DNA of 63,879 bases, counting the filler, from Octopus bimaculoides (lineage: Eukaryota), in the NCBI RefSeq assembly GCF_001194135.2. It is 5 parts of 5 records of this genome, joined end to end, with 100 filler letters (N's around TTAATTAATTAA, not from the genome) between each part and the next. Parts side by side here need not be neighbours in the genome. Positions count along the whole stretch, not along the records: positions 30,330 to 42,168 come from NC_068982.1; positions 42,269 to 62,725 come from NC_068988.1; 3 more parts are not named here. One strand, 5' to 3'. The notes under the pieces are model-generated. The model was not told the origin of the DNA, did not search any database, and saw only the letters and a program-made list of their open reading frames with translations. Both the position numbers and the translations under genes were made by a program. Of this stretch, positions 41,006-53,135 are shown piece by piece (the stretch's first letter is position 1; each line of letters opens with the position of its first letter).

Positions 41006-43047
41006 TATTTTTATGTAGCCCTAGTATGATCATAAGAGTTACATTATATTTTTATGGAGCGCTAGCTTAAAGTTAGCCGTGATTGCAAAGAAAAAGCACC
41101 TAGCATTATTTGTGTCGTTGCACGATACAGAAATCTGTATTTGGCAGTAATAAAGGAACAGCGTAATAAAGGAACGCTAGAATAAAACAAATAACGGAAT
41201 GTTCCTTATTGGTTTTTTTTTTTGTTTTTGTTTTGAGAAGTGCAGAAAATCCTAGATATATTTAGGATTGCTTAAACAGAAACTAATCAGTTTAATGCTG
41301 CATAATATAATGCTATTAATCCAAGATCTTTCCAAAATTGATTCTCAGTTAGTGATCACATCTATAAATGAATATTATAATGATTCATGGATGGCGAAAT
41401 AAGCAGATCACAAGGGGAGAAATACCTTATAGCATTTAATTATATCCCTTAGTGCTCTAACTTCTTCCATGATCTAGTTTGCCTTTCATTCTTTTGTGTT
41501 CAATAAAATATGCACCAGTTGAGTAATTGGGGTCGACTTAATTGTCTCTTTATTCCCATTGAAATTGAAGCTTTTTCCTTTGACATATACGTATTTTTCA
41601 CTTTTCCTTATTTCAGAAATCAATATTATGTAATGCGTTAATATGAACCCCTTTTCTATTTCACGCAGTTTTCTTAATTAAACTGCAACAGTTGTTTCAT
41701 ATATCCAGCTGTGAATTTGTGTTAGCAAATATCTATAGTTACGTAAGAATTATGTAGTTCTATTTAAGCTGCGGTAAGTGAATCGAAAGAGCTACTTTCT
41801 ATGCTAAATTTGCTTTAGAGGTTTTGATTTTGCTGTGCACACTAGACCGGTCGTTGTTAATGAGGTGTAGCTAGATACCAATGTAAATGTAAATATGAAG
41901 GAAGTGATATACCGAGACAGTGCACTGATTTGAGACGTTACGTCACCATAATAATCATTACAACGGCCACCATTGCCGCCATTGACAATGATACCACCAC
42001 CGTTACTGCTGCCGTCACTGCCACTACCATCGCTACTACCACCAACACCACCACCACCACTATCACCGCCAACGCCACCCCACCAGCTACATTTCAATAT
42101 CACCAATACTGAAACTGTTTTGCTATCACTTTTAATATATTTCTTCATATTATTATAATACATATATANNNNNNNNNNNNNNNNNNNNNNNNNNNNNNNN
42201 NNNNNNNNNNNNTTAATTAATTAANNNNNNNNNNNNNNNNNNNNNNNNNNNNNNNNNNNNNNNNNNNNATATATATGCATGTACATATACATCCCACCAT
42301 ATACATACACGCACACATATGCACACACATATACACACATATATACATGCACACATACAAACACGTGTGTGTGCGTGTGTGTATGTGTGTGTGTGTGCAT
42401 TATTACTGTGTGTTAACGTAATATGACTGTATGTATATGTCTTGCATCTGAATCTACGTATATGCATACGTATGTATGTATGTATGTATGCATGTATGTA
42501 TGTATGTAGGTATTATGTATTTATGTATGTATATATATATATGTGTGTGTGTATATGTATATATCTATGTGTGTGTATGTAAGTATGTATGTGTGTATGT
42601 ATGTATGCATATACGGGTTGTTTCTATGTTTATTCTTGTCTGTATTTACCAAGATGTCTCTCCATAACAACTGTAACCCAGTATGTTTCCCCTCTCCTAG
42701 GAACCATCCCTGCCTCTCACGTTAGAATTTACCCCTTCCCCACCTTGTACAAGCATATAACCCACTTTATGGACTAATTCTGCCCTATATAAATGTAAAC
42801 TATGTCTAACTTAATCCGGACTGTCGTTATATTTTGTTATGAAACTTATTCAACGCTATGAGCTAATGAGAGCTACAGCCACTCAATGTGGTTGTTGCAA
42901 TTTGCTAGAAATATCAGTCAAATCTCTCGCGCACCTCAGCCTAACGACTTAAATAGACAAGCATACTTAAAAAGTGTTTGTACTCAATATCTTTTAGTCG
43001 AGTACAAATTTATGAATGTTCCCAAAGGGAATGATCGATCGACAATG

Positions 43048-43108
43048 ACATCGAAGTTTCAGCTTGTTCGTAGTCTGATTAATGGCGAGTAAGCCGAAAC
43101 TTCGACGT
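43048..43108. other. 61-nt hairpin (23-bp stem, 15-nt loop), pre-miRNA-like or inverted Penelope-pLTR fragment
   Basis: acatcgaagtttcagcttgttcg pairs with cgagtaagccgaaacttcgacgt at 21/23 positions including G-U. Confidence 0.6.
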
Positions 43109-43156
43109 TAACGACAGTCTTTTCCTGGCAAAAGATAATAAATAAGTATATATATA

Positions 43157-43191
<35 letters not shown>

Positions 43192-44727
43192 TGTATGTAT
43201 GTATGTATGTATATATATATGTATGTATATATATATGTNNNNNNNNNNNNNNNNNNNNNNNNNNNNNNNNNNNNNNNNNNNNNNNNNNNNNNNNNNNNNN
43301 NNNNNNNNNNNNNNNNNNNNNNNNNNNNNNNNNNNNNNNNNNNNNNNNNNNNNNNNNNNNNNNNNNNNNNNNNNNNNNNNNNNNNNNNNNNNNNNNNNNN
43401 NNNNNNNNNNNNNNNNNNNNNNNNNNNNNNNNNNNNNNNNNNNNNNNNNNNNNNNNNNNNNNNNNNNNNNNNNNNNNNNNNNNNNNNNNNNNNNNNNNNN
43501 NNNNNNNNNNNNNNNNNNNNNNNNNNNNNNNNNNNNNNNNNNNNNNNNNNNNNNNNNNNNNNNNNNNNNNNNNNNNNNNNNNNNNNNNNNNNNNNNNNNN
43601 NNNNNNNNNNNNNNNNNNNNNNNNNNNNNNNNNNNNNNNNNNNNNNNNNNNNNNNNNNNNNNNNNNNNNNNNNNNNNNNNNNNNNNNNNNNNNNNNNNNN
43701 NNNNNNNNNNNNNNNNNNNNNNNNNNNNNNNNNNNNNNNNNNNNNNNNNNNNNNNNNNNNNNNNNNNNNNNNNNNNNNNNNNNNNNNNNNNNNNNNNNNN
43801 NNNNNNNNNNNNNNNNNNNNNNNNNNNNNNNNNNNNNNNNNNNNNNNNNNNNNNNNNNNNNNNNNNNNNNNNNNNNNNNNNNNNNNNNNNNNNNNNNNNN
43901 NNNNNNNNNNNNNNNNNNNNNNNNNNNNNNNNNNNNNNNNNNNNNNNNNNNNNNNNNNNNNNNNNNNNNNNNNNNNNNNNNNNNNNNNNNNNNNNNNNNN
44001 NNNNNNNNNNNNNNNNNNNNNNNNNNNNNNNNNNNNNNNNNNNNNNNNNNNNNNNNNNNNNNNNNNNNNNNNNNNNNNNNNNNNNNNNNNNNNNNNNNNN
44101 NNNNNNNNNNNNNNNNNNNNNNNNNNNNNNNNNNNNNNNNNNNNNNNNNNNNNNNNNNNNNNNNNNNNNNNNNNNNNNNNNNNNNNNNNNNNATACATAT
44201 ATGCATAAATACATACATTCACACAATACATAACTACATACATACATATATGCATACATGCATACGTACATACACACATGCATACATACATGCATTCGTG
44301 CATACATACATACATACATACATACATACATACATACATACATACATGAATGCATGCATACGCACATACACACGTACGTAATACATATATGCATACATAC
44401 ATGCACGCATTCATCATACATACATACATACATACATACATAAAGGTTGAAAGTCACCACTTTTTTGCACACATGCCGTCATTCCATCATGGATTTTTCA
44501 TTGTATGTTATGCTGTTTTCAACTGCATCTGGCCATAAAATGCAAGATAGTAATAGAGATGTTAAAACTCAAGCAATCCTTGTAACTGAGTTTTTTAGAG
44601 TAAGCAAAGGCTTTGCCAATCCCACTCTCTAAACAACGTTTGTATTCGCCCAAGATAAGAACTCACCTTCATCATTGGAAGCAAACGAAGTTAGAGTTGT
44701 TAAATCAGAGTTTCCCTTCTTCTAGAG

Positions 44728-45373
44728 CAGTGGTTCCCAAACTTTTTAGAGACGCGACCCATTATTTATGACACCAGTTTATGGCGACCTACTTAACTCT
44801 ACTGAGTGCAAACATTAATGAAAGAAACATATTTATTTCAGATTACATTTTCATTGAGGCCTGTGAGCAGGATGAGCCTGTTTCTTGTTACGCTCAATAA
44901 TAGAATTAACATCAGGTTCAATGCGTGATAGTTTCAGCCGTAAAGAATTTGAGAGCTGCAGTTTATTTCGAAATTTGCTTTTAATCCCAACCATTGCTGA
45001 AAATTCAGCCTCACAATTATAAGATGACGCGAAAGGTATTAATTCTAATACAAAACCTCGAAGCAGTAACTGTTATCGGCTCTATTAGTGTTGTACTGCG
45101 CCTCTATAAATAGGTAAAAACAGACATTTCCTTTTTACGATTACGTACGAATAAATAACTTGAGAAAATTACCACCTCTGATTTGTTAAGTTCGTGAAAA
45201 AAGCCTACTGCTTGATAAAACAACCAGTCTGGTATTGGAAACATGAGTCTTGAACTATCTCGATAGACAGCAGTTAATCAAAGCTAATGCATAATTTTAT
45301 AACTTTTTGCGACCCACAAGGATTCCGTTCGCGACCCATCAGTGGGTCGCGACTCATAGTTTGGGAACCACTG
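44728..45373 (-). mobile_element. Non-autonomous hAT (Charlie-like) element with transposase C-terminal remnant
   Basis: TIR CAGTGGTTCCCAAAC/GTTTGGGAACCACTG; perfect 8-bp TSD TTCTAGAG; minus-strand LIPFASSYNCEAEFSAMVGIKSKFRNKL...KQAHPAH (hAT dimerisation region). Confidence 0.92.
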
Positions 45374-45381
45374 TTCTAGAG

Positions 45382-45545
45382 TAGTGGTTCCCAACCTGGG
45401 TTCATATGACCCCTGGAGGTCTATATAAGAATTCTGGGGGTCCACGCAAGCAAACTAGTAGATTGAAGATCAACAGTCGTATTTTAAGGGGCCATGAAAA
45501 ACATTTTGCTTTAGATGTATTTTTTGCAAGAAACGGATAGGTTTC
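45382..45545. mobile_element. Second hAT-type MITE, one terminus only
   Basis: Starts TAGTGGTTCCCAACC directly after the TTCTAGAG target; other end not found. Confidence 0.6.
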
Positions 45546-45630
45546 TTCCTCTAATGTCTTGCATAGTTGAAATATTTAACATATCACCAGAAGGTACTAT
45601 ACATTGTAGGTGCCTGTGGACATGGCATAA

Positions 45631-45930
45631 TTGTTTCAGTCATTAGACTGCAGTCATGCTGGGACCTTGAAGAATTTTTTAGTCAAACCGGTAAGAGACG
45701 GGGACGTAAACACACCAACACCGGTTCTCAAGCGGTGGTGGGGACACACAAAGATACAAAGTTACACACACAGGCTTCTTTCAGTTTCCATCTACCATAT
45801 CCACCAACAAGGCTTTGGTCAGGCCGAGGCTATAGTAGAAGACTTACCCAAAATTCCACGCAGTAGTACTGAACCTGAAACCATGTGGTTGGGAAGCAAG
45901 CTTCTTACCACACAGCCACGCCTGCGCCTA
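45631..45930 (-). mobile_element. SINE family A
   Basis: Tail, body and head in reverse orientation. Confidence 0.85.
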
Positions 45931-46745
45931 TAGTTCTCTGTTTTTTTTTAATGACATTTTGGTATGTCATTGTTATCACTTCTGGTTTTTATCATAGTTT
46001 ACTTTCACGTTTTTGGACAATTTACTCTTACTTTTTTATGATTGTAAAATGCATACTAACTATATTCATACTAACTATATTCATAACGACTGATTTTGGA
46101 AACACTGTTTGCATATTAATAATTCAGCAGTATGCTGTAATGAGCTCATACTTTTGTATAAAGAAAAACCCTGGAGAAGGCGAGATTTGATAAACAAAGT
46201 GTTATCCTTCTTGAAAACAAAAAGGCTGTCGGTACTACGAACGACAAAATGTCAAGAGAATTTGAATGCTACTGTTGGTGTAACTGTAATAGAAGCCAAA
46301 AAGTTAGCTGCTGGGTGTTGAGTTGCTGTCGCTGATCGTTCAGTATAGTTGTCGTCAGCTTTGGTCAACAGCTGTTTGCCGTCCGTCTATCGGCTCGTCT
46401 CTGCTGTCTCTCAATGCTCTTTCTGTTGCCATCCAAAGCTCTCTGTCAAGTAGTCAAAGTGCACTGAATTTATACTTGATGGTTAGGATCAGAAAAAAAA
46501 AAAAAAAGCGAGCCAAGAAATGAAATCTTTGCTGGAGCCTATTTCATGCGAAGTCAAGATTGGTAAGATTTTGTCGATCACATGGGTAATATTTTAGCGA
46601 ATTACGACATCAGGTGATTGGCGAATATTCCCGCTACGCTTTTGTGAATCGTCAGACATTTTCAAACGGAAAAGTTTGGAACTGTTGTATGAGGTAAGGC
46701 ATAATCGAAGCATTAGAGAAAATTCTTTTTCCTTGGGTCTCATAT

Positions 46746-47293
46746 CGGCGCTACTTTGGCGTGTGATCTACAAAGAAGATTACTTTAGGTGACTTTTAAA
46801 ATAATTTTGCGCATCTAGTTTTTTTCATTCGCAAAATATGCATTTTTTAAAAGACAGTAAAAAATCTGAAAATCGGCTATAATAATGTAGCCTTCCAGTC
46901 TCATTACTTTGAAGGTTTGATGCCGTGGAGAAACAAAATGGAGAAAAAAGACACAAAGGTTTAAAAATCGAAAAAACTGTATATTTATTAGCCAAAAGCA
47001 AGACAGAAAATTTCTGCGTTTAGCGGAGCGGTGTGAACTTTAAGGTTGTACCCTGTGAAATTTAGAGTTTAGCGTCTGACCTGTTCATTGTAGGTTTCTA
47101 AATAAACAGAAATACCTAATAAAATCAACATGTATCATCTTACTATTTCTTTTGTCTCTTCATTGATTGTATTTTTTAAATTACTTTTTTAATTTGTTAT
47201 ATTAATATATTTGTTTACATGTGCTTACTTTGTGCGTATTTCAGTATTATGTATACCTGTCATGTATTTGTGTACATTATTAATATATAAGTG

Positions 47294-47338
<45 letters not shown>

Positions 47339-48530
47339 AGGGGGAGTCTGTCTCCAAAACTCCAAAGTTGAGTAACGTTTTCATGCTAGGATTTGTAAAC
47401 TACGATAAGAATAACATTGGTCAACAAAGAATTTGTTCCAATGAAAAGAATACTCTGTGTCTTATATGTTTTTGCATCCAGAATTCAAAAATAATGTTAA
47501 ATTATCTGTATCACCCACTCTTTCTCTGTTCCACGATATTCCTCTCAGTTTCTTTTATGTGGGCTAAATTTCAGTTAAGCTGATGAAATGTGAAGCTAAC
47601 GGTTTCAGAAATACTCTTAATTAAAATTTTTTATGAATGGAATTAACCTAGTGAAATTATAAATAAAGTCAATGAGTCCCAAAAATATATGAAATGAAAA
47701 ATATGTAAAGATACAGAAAAAGCACAGAAAAATACTAACACACAGAAGCACAGAAAAATATGTAATATACTAACACACAGAAAAATTAAAACAAAACACG
47801 CGGTTGAAATGAATCTCATGGTGTCAAGAATTAAGTGTGTAAAATCAACATAGACAACAGCGGCACAGACAACAGTAATCCACAACACAGCGTGTGGTTG
47901 TCATGGTAACAAGCTGCTAATGCTACGCTGTCTGTTGATTGGCTAAAATTACCCAAATTTCCCAACTTTAATGCCAAATAACATCAGATTCTTTAATTTA
48001 CAAGATAAAGTAATTGGTTGATCGTAATCAAACTTCAGAGTTGCATCGATACACCAAAATTGAAAACAATCTGAGCAAAATTAAGCGGGGCTCATTTTGC
48101 GAATGAGAAAGACTAGATCCTGTTTTGGACATACTTTGCATTGCAAATGTATTTTTTCAAAATTCTTACTATTTTAATTAGAAGAAAACCATATAATGAT
48201 TAAAATAAGCGCGTAGATCACCCACCAAAGTAAATTTGCTTACGTAGATCACACGGAAAATAGCACTAACACAAAGTAAACTAAAAAGTAACCTAAAGTA
48301 ATCTCTCTTTAAATTGTAGATCATACAGTAAAGTGGCACGTTTCTTTTTCTTAAGAAATGATGTGAATTTAGTGCTAGTTTCTTGTAAAAATGCAACTGC
48401 CTTCGTCTCGTCGCTGATCACATTGTAAAAATCTTTAGCTAATACCTTGCGGATTTTTAGAAATAGTAAATTAAACTAAAAAGTAACCTAAAGTAATCTC
48501 CCTTGTAGATCACACGCCAAAGAAGCACCC
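46746..48530. mobile_element. Unclassified TIR-bounded non-autonomous element (~1.8 kb)
   Basis: cggcgctactttggcgtgtgatctacaaagaagattactttaggt is inverted at 48476-48530; subterminal inverted match 46817-46840/48094-48118; flanks tcatat/tcacat. Confidence 0.6.
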
Positions 48531-48631
48531 TCACATCTCACTACCTCATCTTGTTGGGCTTCTCATGGTAAATCTATATACTTAGGTTATATTTACGAAA
48601 TAATTGTTCTGTAGTGGCAGACAGAGAAATA

Positions 48632-48972
48632 AGGCGCTCTGATTTGCTAGTATGTTAAGAAGTTTGCTTCCCAAACACATGGTTCTGGGGTCAGTCCCCC
48701 TGTCTGGCACCTTGAATAACTGTATTATTTATAGCTCCGAGCTGACAAAGGCCTTGTGAGTGGATTTGGCAGACGGAAACTAGAAACCTGTCACATTCAC
48801 GTATGCGTGCACGCATGTGTGTGTTTCCCCGCCAACTCTTGATAACTGTGTTGGTTTATTGACATTCTGTAATTTAGCGGTAGAATAAGTATCAAACTTT
48901 AAAAATGAGCACTGGGGTCGATTTGTTCGATGGCCACAGTCCAATGACTGAAACAAGTAAAAGATAAAAGAT
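48632..48972 (+). mobile_element. SINE family A
   Basis: Head, core and tail present. Confidence 0.8.
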
Positions 48973-49269
48973 GTTTTTATTGCAAAATTCACACCATGGC
49001 ATCTTCTACGCAGAGGTTTTTTTTAAACCACTTCTTTATTGTAAAATGCAGTATTTGTGAATACTTATCTATTAGCAAAAAGATAGGGTAGTCTGCTGAA
49101 GATATGGGGGTCTTGGTGTTTGATGATGCTTCTAGGGTGGTTGACGCTTCACACGCCATTTGTAGGGCTGTCAGACAGACGTACCACCGAAGTAGACGCC
49201 ATCTGTTTACTGTCAGCTTAGTTATTCAGCTGACAATACTTTTCTTCGACACTTACACAATAACATCTA

Positions 49270-49900
49270 AACAGAGACAGACAAACACAATTCGTTATCA
49301 ACTACAAGTTGTTGAATATGTTAAACGACGTGGCTACCGGGCAGCTGAATGTCTGTATAGACCACCATCGATAGAAAAAACAAAATGATTCGTAGACGAA
49401 AAAAAGTGAAAATGAAAAAGACAAACAAACAAGTCCTTCGTTATAAATATATGAAATTCTGTCAATTGTACGAAGCCATAAAATCATGAGTACACAATAA
49501 AATATGGGATACAGTTTCATTGACGGCGCATCAGGGAGGGAGATATATAAAAAGAGAAATATAGAATCAGATGGAGTTTCATGGATGATCGTTTTGGTGG
49601 TGGACTTTTTCACGAAGAGGTACGGCTAAGTCTGAAAGTAAAAACTAGGATTGAACAACCGGTGCATAAAGAATAAATTATGAACTAGGACAAATGAACG
49701 ACACGTTGTTTACATTTGACGTGCCATGAAAGAAAGCTGTCAAAAAATAACAGAGCAAAAGACCATGGCTATCTAAACAATTGGGTGAAAATCCTGTTAC
49801 ACTGTTGTGTTGGCCGCCTGTGCAGATGACGCAAAGTTACTACCATAATGAATCTTTGAACAAAAAGAAACAAAAACAATACTCAAGGAACCCACTCAGT
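49270..49900 (+). pseudogene. pogo/Tigger-like transposase remnant (HTH + start of DDE_1 domain)
   Basis: RYQLQVVEYVKRRGYRAAE; LSLKVKTRIEQ; LGQMNDTLFTFDVP; YTVVLAACADDAKLLP; broken by stops and frameshifts. Confidence 0.85.
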
Positions 49901-49978
49901 GTTTCAGGTATGAGACGTTTTAGCAGAACCGGTTCAGCAGAGCCGTTTTGGCGTCGCTGATTTGACGCTGACATCAGA

Positions 49979-50043
<65 letters not shown>

Positions 50044-50208
50044 CTTCCTCTCCTTCTCTCCCTCTCTCTCTATTTATGTGTGTGAGCATATTTCTTTTTA
50101 TGTATGTTTGGAGAGGGAAAGTGTTTATGAGTAATTGTTCACTTTAAGTTATATAAAAAAAAAAAAAAAATAAAGGGGAGATAAGTAATAAAAGAAGCAG
50201 CTTGCTTT

Positions 50209-51024
50209 TTATACAGCATAAAGACTGGTGATCACCGCCAAAAAGTGAACAAATGTCTTCTTTTTCTCAGTGGAATTACGCCAGAAAAACTCATGCAGAT
50301 CTGAAACAAGCAATTCGTCTGATGTCCCAAGCTGTCGTCTCAACTTCCGTTTCACCCGCATCCACATACTTTCCACATTTTGTGTGTGGACGTCTTGATC
50401 ATGAAGATCAATAAATTCTTGGTGTATAATCACCTCGTGCGTGTAGGCACCACCATTGAGGATACCGATGTTATTATATGCTTGCTATTCATCGCTGACT
50501 GTGTGAGACCCAGGCAAAATCCACCTTTGTATCAGCTCAGTTAAAGTTTCTTCTGTGCAGTCAGGTTGTTGGCACTCCGTCGCTTACGACGTCGAGGGTT
50601 CCTGTTGATCCGATCAACAGAACAGCCTGCTCGTGAAATGAACGTACAAGAGGCTGAGCACTCCAGAGACACGTGTACCTTTAACGTAGTTCTCGGGGAT
50701 ATTCAGCGTGACACAGAGTGTGACAAGGCTGACCCTTTGCATTACAGGTACAACAGAAACAGGAAGTAAGAGTGAGAGAAAGTTGTGGCGAAAGAGTACA
50801 GCAGGGTTCGACACCATCCGCTGCCGGAGCCTCGTGGAGCTTTAGATGTTTTCGCTCAATAAACAAATAAACACTCACAACGCCCGGTCTGGGAATTGAA
50901 ACCGCGATCCTATGACTGTGAGTTCGCTACCCTAACCACTGGGCCATTACGCCTCCACACGTGCAGTCAGGTACTTCGACCAAAAACCACTTTCTTGAGA
51001 CTGTCTCTATGCCACCGAATACCC
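50209..51024 (-). pseudogene. Merlin/ISXO2 (IS1595-family DDE) transposase C-terminal half, split by a SINE
   Basis: After removing 50567-50960 and one TSD copy: VFGGIETVSRKWFLVEVPDCTEETLTELIQRWILPGSHTVSDE*QAY...HTQNVESMW...GTSDELLVSDLHEFFWR...AV*. Confidence 0.9.
50567..50960 (-). mobile_element. tRNA-derived SINE family C, full length (394 bp)
   Basis: Minus-strand head with A box TGGCCCAGTGG and B box GGTTTCAATTCC; 12-bp TSD gtgcagtcaggt (50555-50566, 50961-50972). Confidence 0.92.
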
Positions 51025-51132
51025 TTTGCTTCTTTTATTACTTATCTCCCCCTTAATTTTTATATACATTTTTTATATAATTAAACTGAACAATTACCAT
51101 GTTTATGTTAATTGTGCAACTGTATTCTTTTA

Positions 51133-52010
51133 TTCTTTTACTTGTTTCAGTCATTTGACTGCGGCCATGCTGGAGCACTGCCTTAAAGGGGTTTCTTTAG
51201 TTGAAGAAATCAACCTCAGGACTTACTGTTTGTAAGCCTAGTACTTTTCTCGAACTGCTAAGTTACAAGGACGTAAACACACCAACACCAGTTGTCAAGT
51301 GATGGCTGACACAAATATAGACACAAAGGCACACACATAAATATATGCATATGTATATATATGACGAGCTTCTTTCAGTTTCTGTCTACCAAATCCACTC
51401 ACAGAGCTTTGGTCGGCCTGAGGCTATAGTAGAAGACACTTGGGATCTTTTTTAAAACGGGGGCCACATTTTTCATTAACGAAACACTTTGAAACTTGGA
51501 ACACTGGTAGAATATGTCATATAAAACATTTTTTTTCTCTTAGTCTTCTTAAAAAAAAAAGAAATCCATAAATTATTCCACGTTAAAGTTGTCGTATTTN
51601 NNNNNNNNNNNNNNNNNNNNNNNNNNNNNNNNNNNNNNNNNNNNNNNNNNNNNNNNNNNNNNNNNNNNNNNNNNNNAAAAAAGCAAATAAAACGAAGAAT
51701 CGTTTGTTTATGTAGTCGGCACTTAATGTATATCGGCTGAATGGACGTCAGTGATTGGTTGAAATTATCGAAATAACACAATTTTTTACATGAAATAAAT
51801 TCGAATACAAAAATATTTTTCTGTTCTATAACACAAAATAGATAAGTATACGAAGTTTGAAAGTCTTTCGGTACCAAAAACACTACGTAAAACATTAATG
51901 AAAAATGTGGCCCCCGTTTTAAAAAAGATCCGACACTTGCCCAAGGTGCCATACAATAGGACTGAACCCAGAACCATGTGGTTGGGAAGCAAGTTTCTCA
52001 CCACACAGTC
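51133..52010 (-). mobile_element. SINE family A split by a MITE
   Basis: Sequence resumes gacacttg-cccaaggtgcc after 51931. Confidence 0.88.
51443..51931. mobile_element. Merlin-type MITE (GG termini, 8-bp TSD)
   Basis: Perfect 37-bp TIRs GGATCTTTTTTAAAACGGGGGCCACATTTTTCATTAA; perfect TSD GACACTTG. Superfamily inferred from termini only. Confidence 0.85.
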
Positions 52011-53135
52011 ATGCTTATGTGTGTGTGGTGTGTGTGTGTTTGTGTGTGTGTGCCTCTAGTGCTAAAAAGTACTGTTGTCAAAACATGTTTTATGTCTAGT
52101 CAGCCTTACTAAATTGATAGTATCTAAACAGCCACATCAAATTGCCTGTTTCCATAGTGTTCTTATTCATGTCCATCAGAAAGAGGTTAGATGAACAAAG
52201 GCAGAATAAGATTGTGGTTAGTTAAATTATGGTCATGGCACCCACATGGTCTGCTGAGTGCCAAATCAATTCCAAGATCTTGAAACAGAAACAACAAAGA
52301 AAAACTTTTAAAAAATTTATAAGCAGTTATTAAACAACTATTAAAAACTAAACAAACATTTGATCTAAGGTAGTTTAACATCGTAGTTATAACCACTGAA
52401 AAAGCCATTGGAATATTTTATGCAAGAAGTCTGAAACAAATGGGTGATTGTGAGTTGGGGTGTGGTAAGAATTTAATACACCACCACCATCAACCACCAG
52501 GACAACTAATTGACCTGCTATTGCAAAGGTATGTCAGTAGGTCAAGTTTTCATGGACAACTATGAAAGAAGAAATACTAGATAAGGCCTTTAAAACAAAG
52601 CTGGAATAAGTACTGCAACAGATACCTCTGACAATAAGCTTCCCTGTTTCTGTGAAGATAACGATGACCCAGAAACAGCAGGCAGTAATGATGGTGGTGT
52701 AAGATAACAGTAGTGACTAATGTGTTAATAAACATTATATTTAATGAACAGTAAACTAAACACAGTTTTCAGTTTTTCATCGCACTCTTGAGAAACAAGT
52801 TCTGTTTTAAAGATTAGTCTTAAAGTAGACATGTGAGGAAACAGTTTGTGGCTGTAAAAAAAAATGGGTGGGGAAGTAAATTGTCCTCAAAAACGAAAGT
52901 AAATTGGGATAGAAACTGGAAGTGATGACAGCAACATCCCATAATTTCATGTAAACAATGTGTGTAACCTAACCAATGTATTGAACTTACATTCAGCTGT
53001 AGAAACCATGCCAAAACAAACATGGATCCTGGGCAGCTCCTGTCAAACCACCGGCACGGAAAACGGACGTTAAATGATGATGATGATGATGATGATGAAA
53101 ACTGGACATATATTTTATAAAAGTTAAAAAGTGTG

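Larger units (their letters stand above)
50130..51098 (-). mobile_element. Merlin-superfamily DNA transposon, internally deleted
   Basis: ~70-bp imperfect TIRs (50130-50198; 51028-51098) starting (G/A)GTAATTGTTC; 9-bp TSD gtgtttatg/atgtttatg; IS1595-type transposase inside. Confidence 0.9.

Noticed and set aside
46249-46335. 28-aa Cys-rich sORF MSREFECYCWCNCNRSQKVSCWVLSCCR
   Set aside because: It has no signal peptide or splice support, and TG-rich sequence readily yields Cys codons
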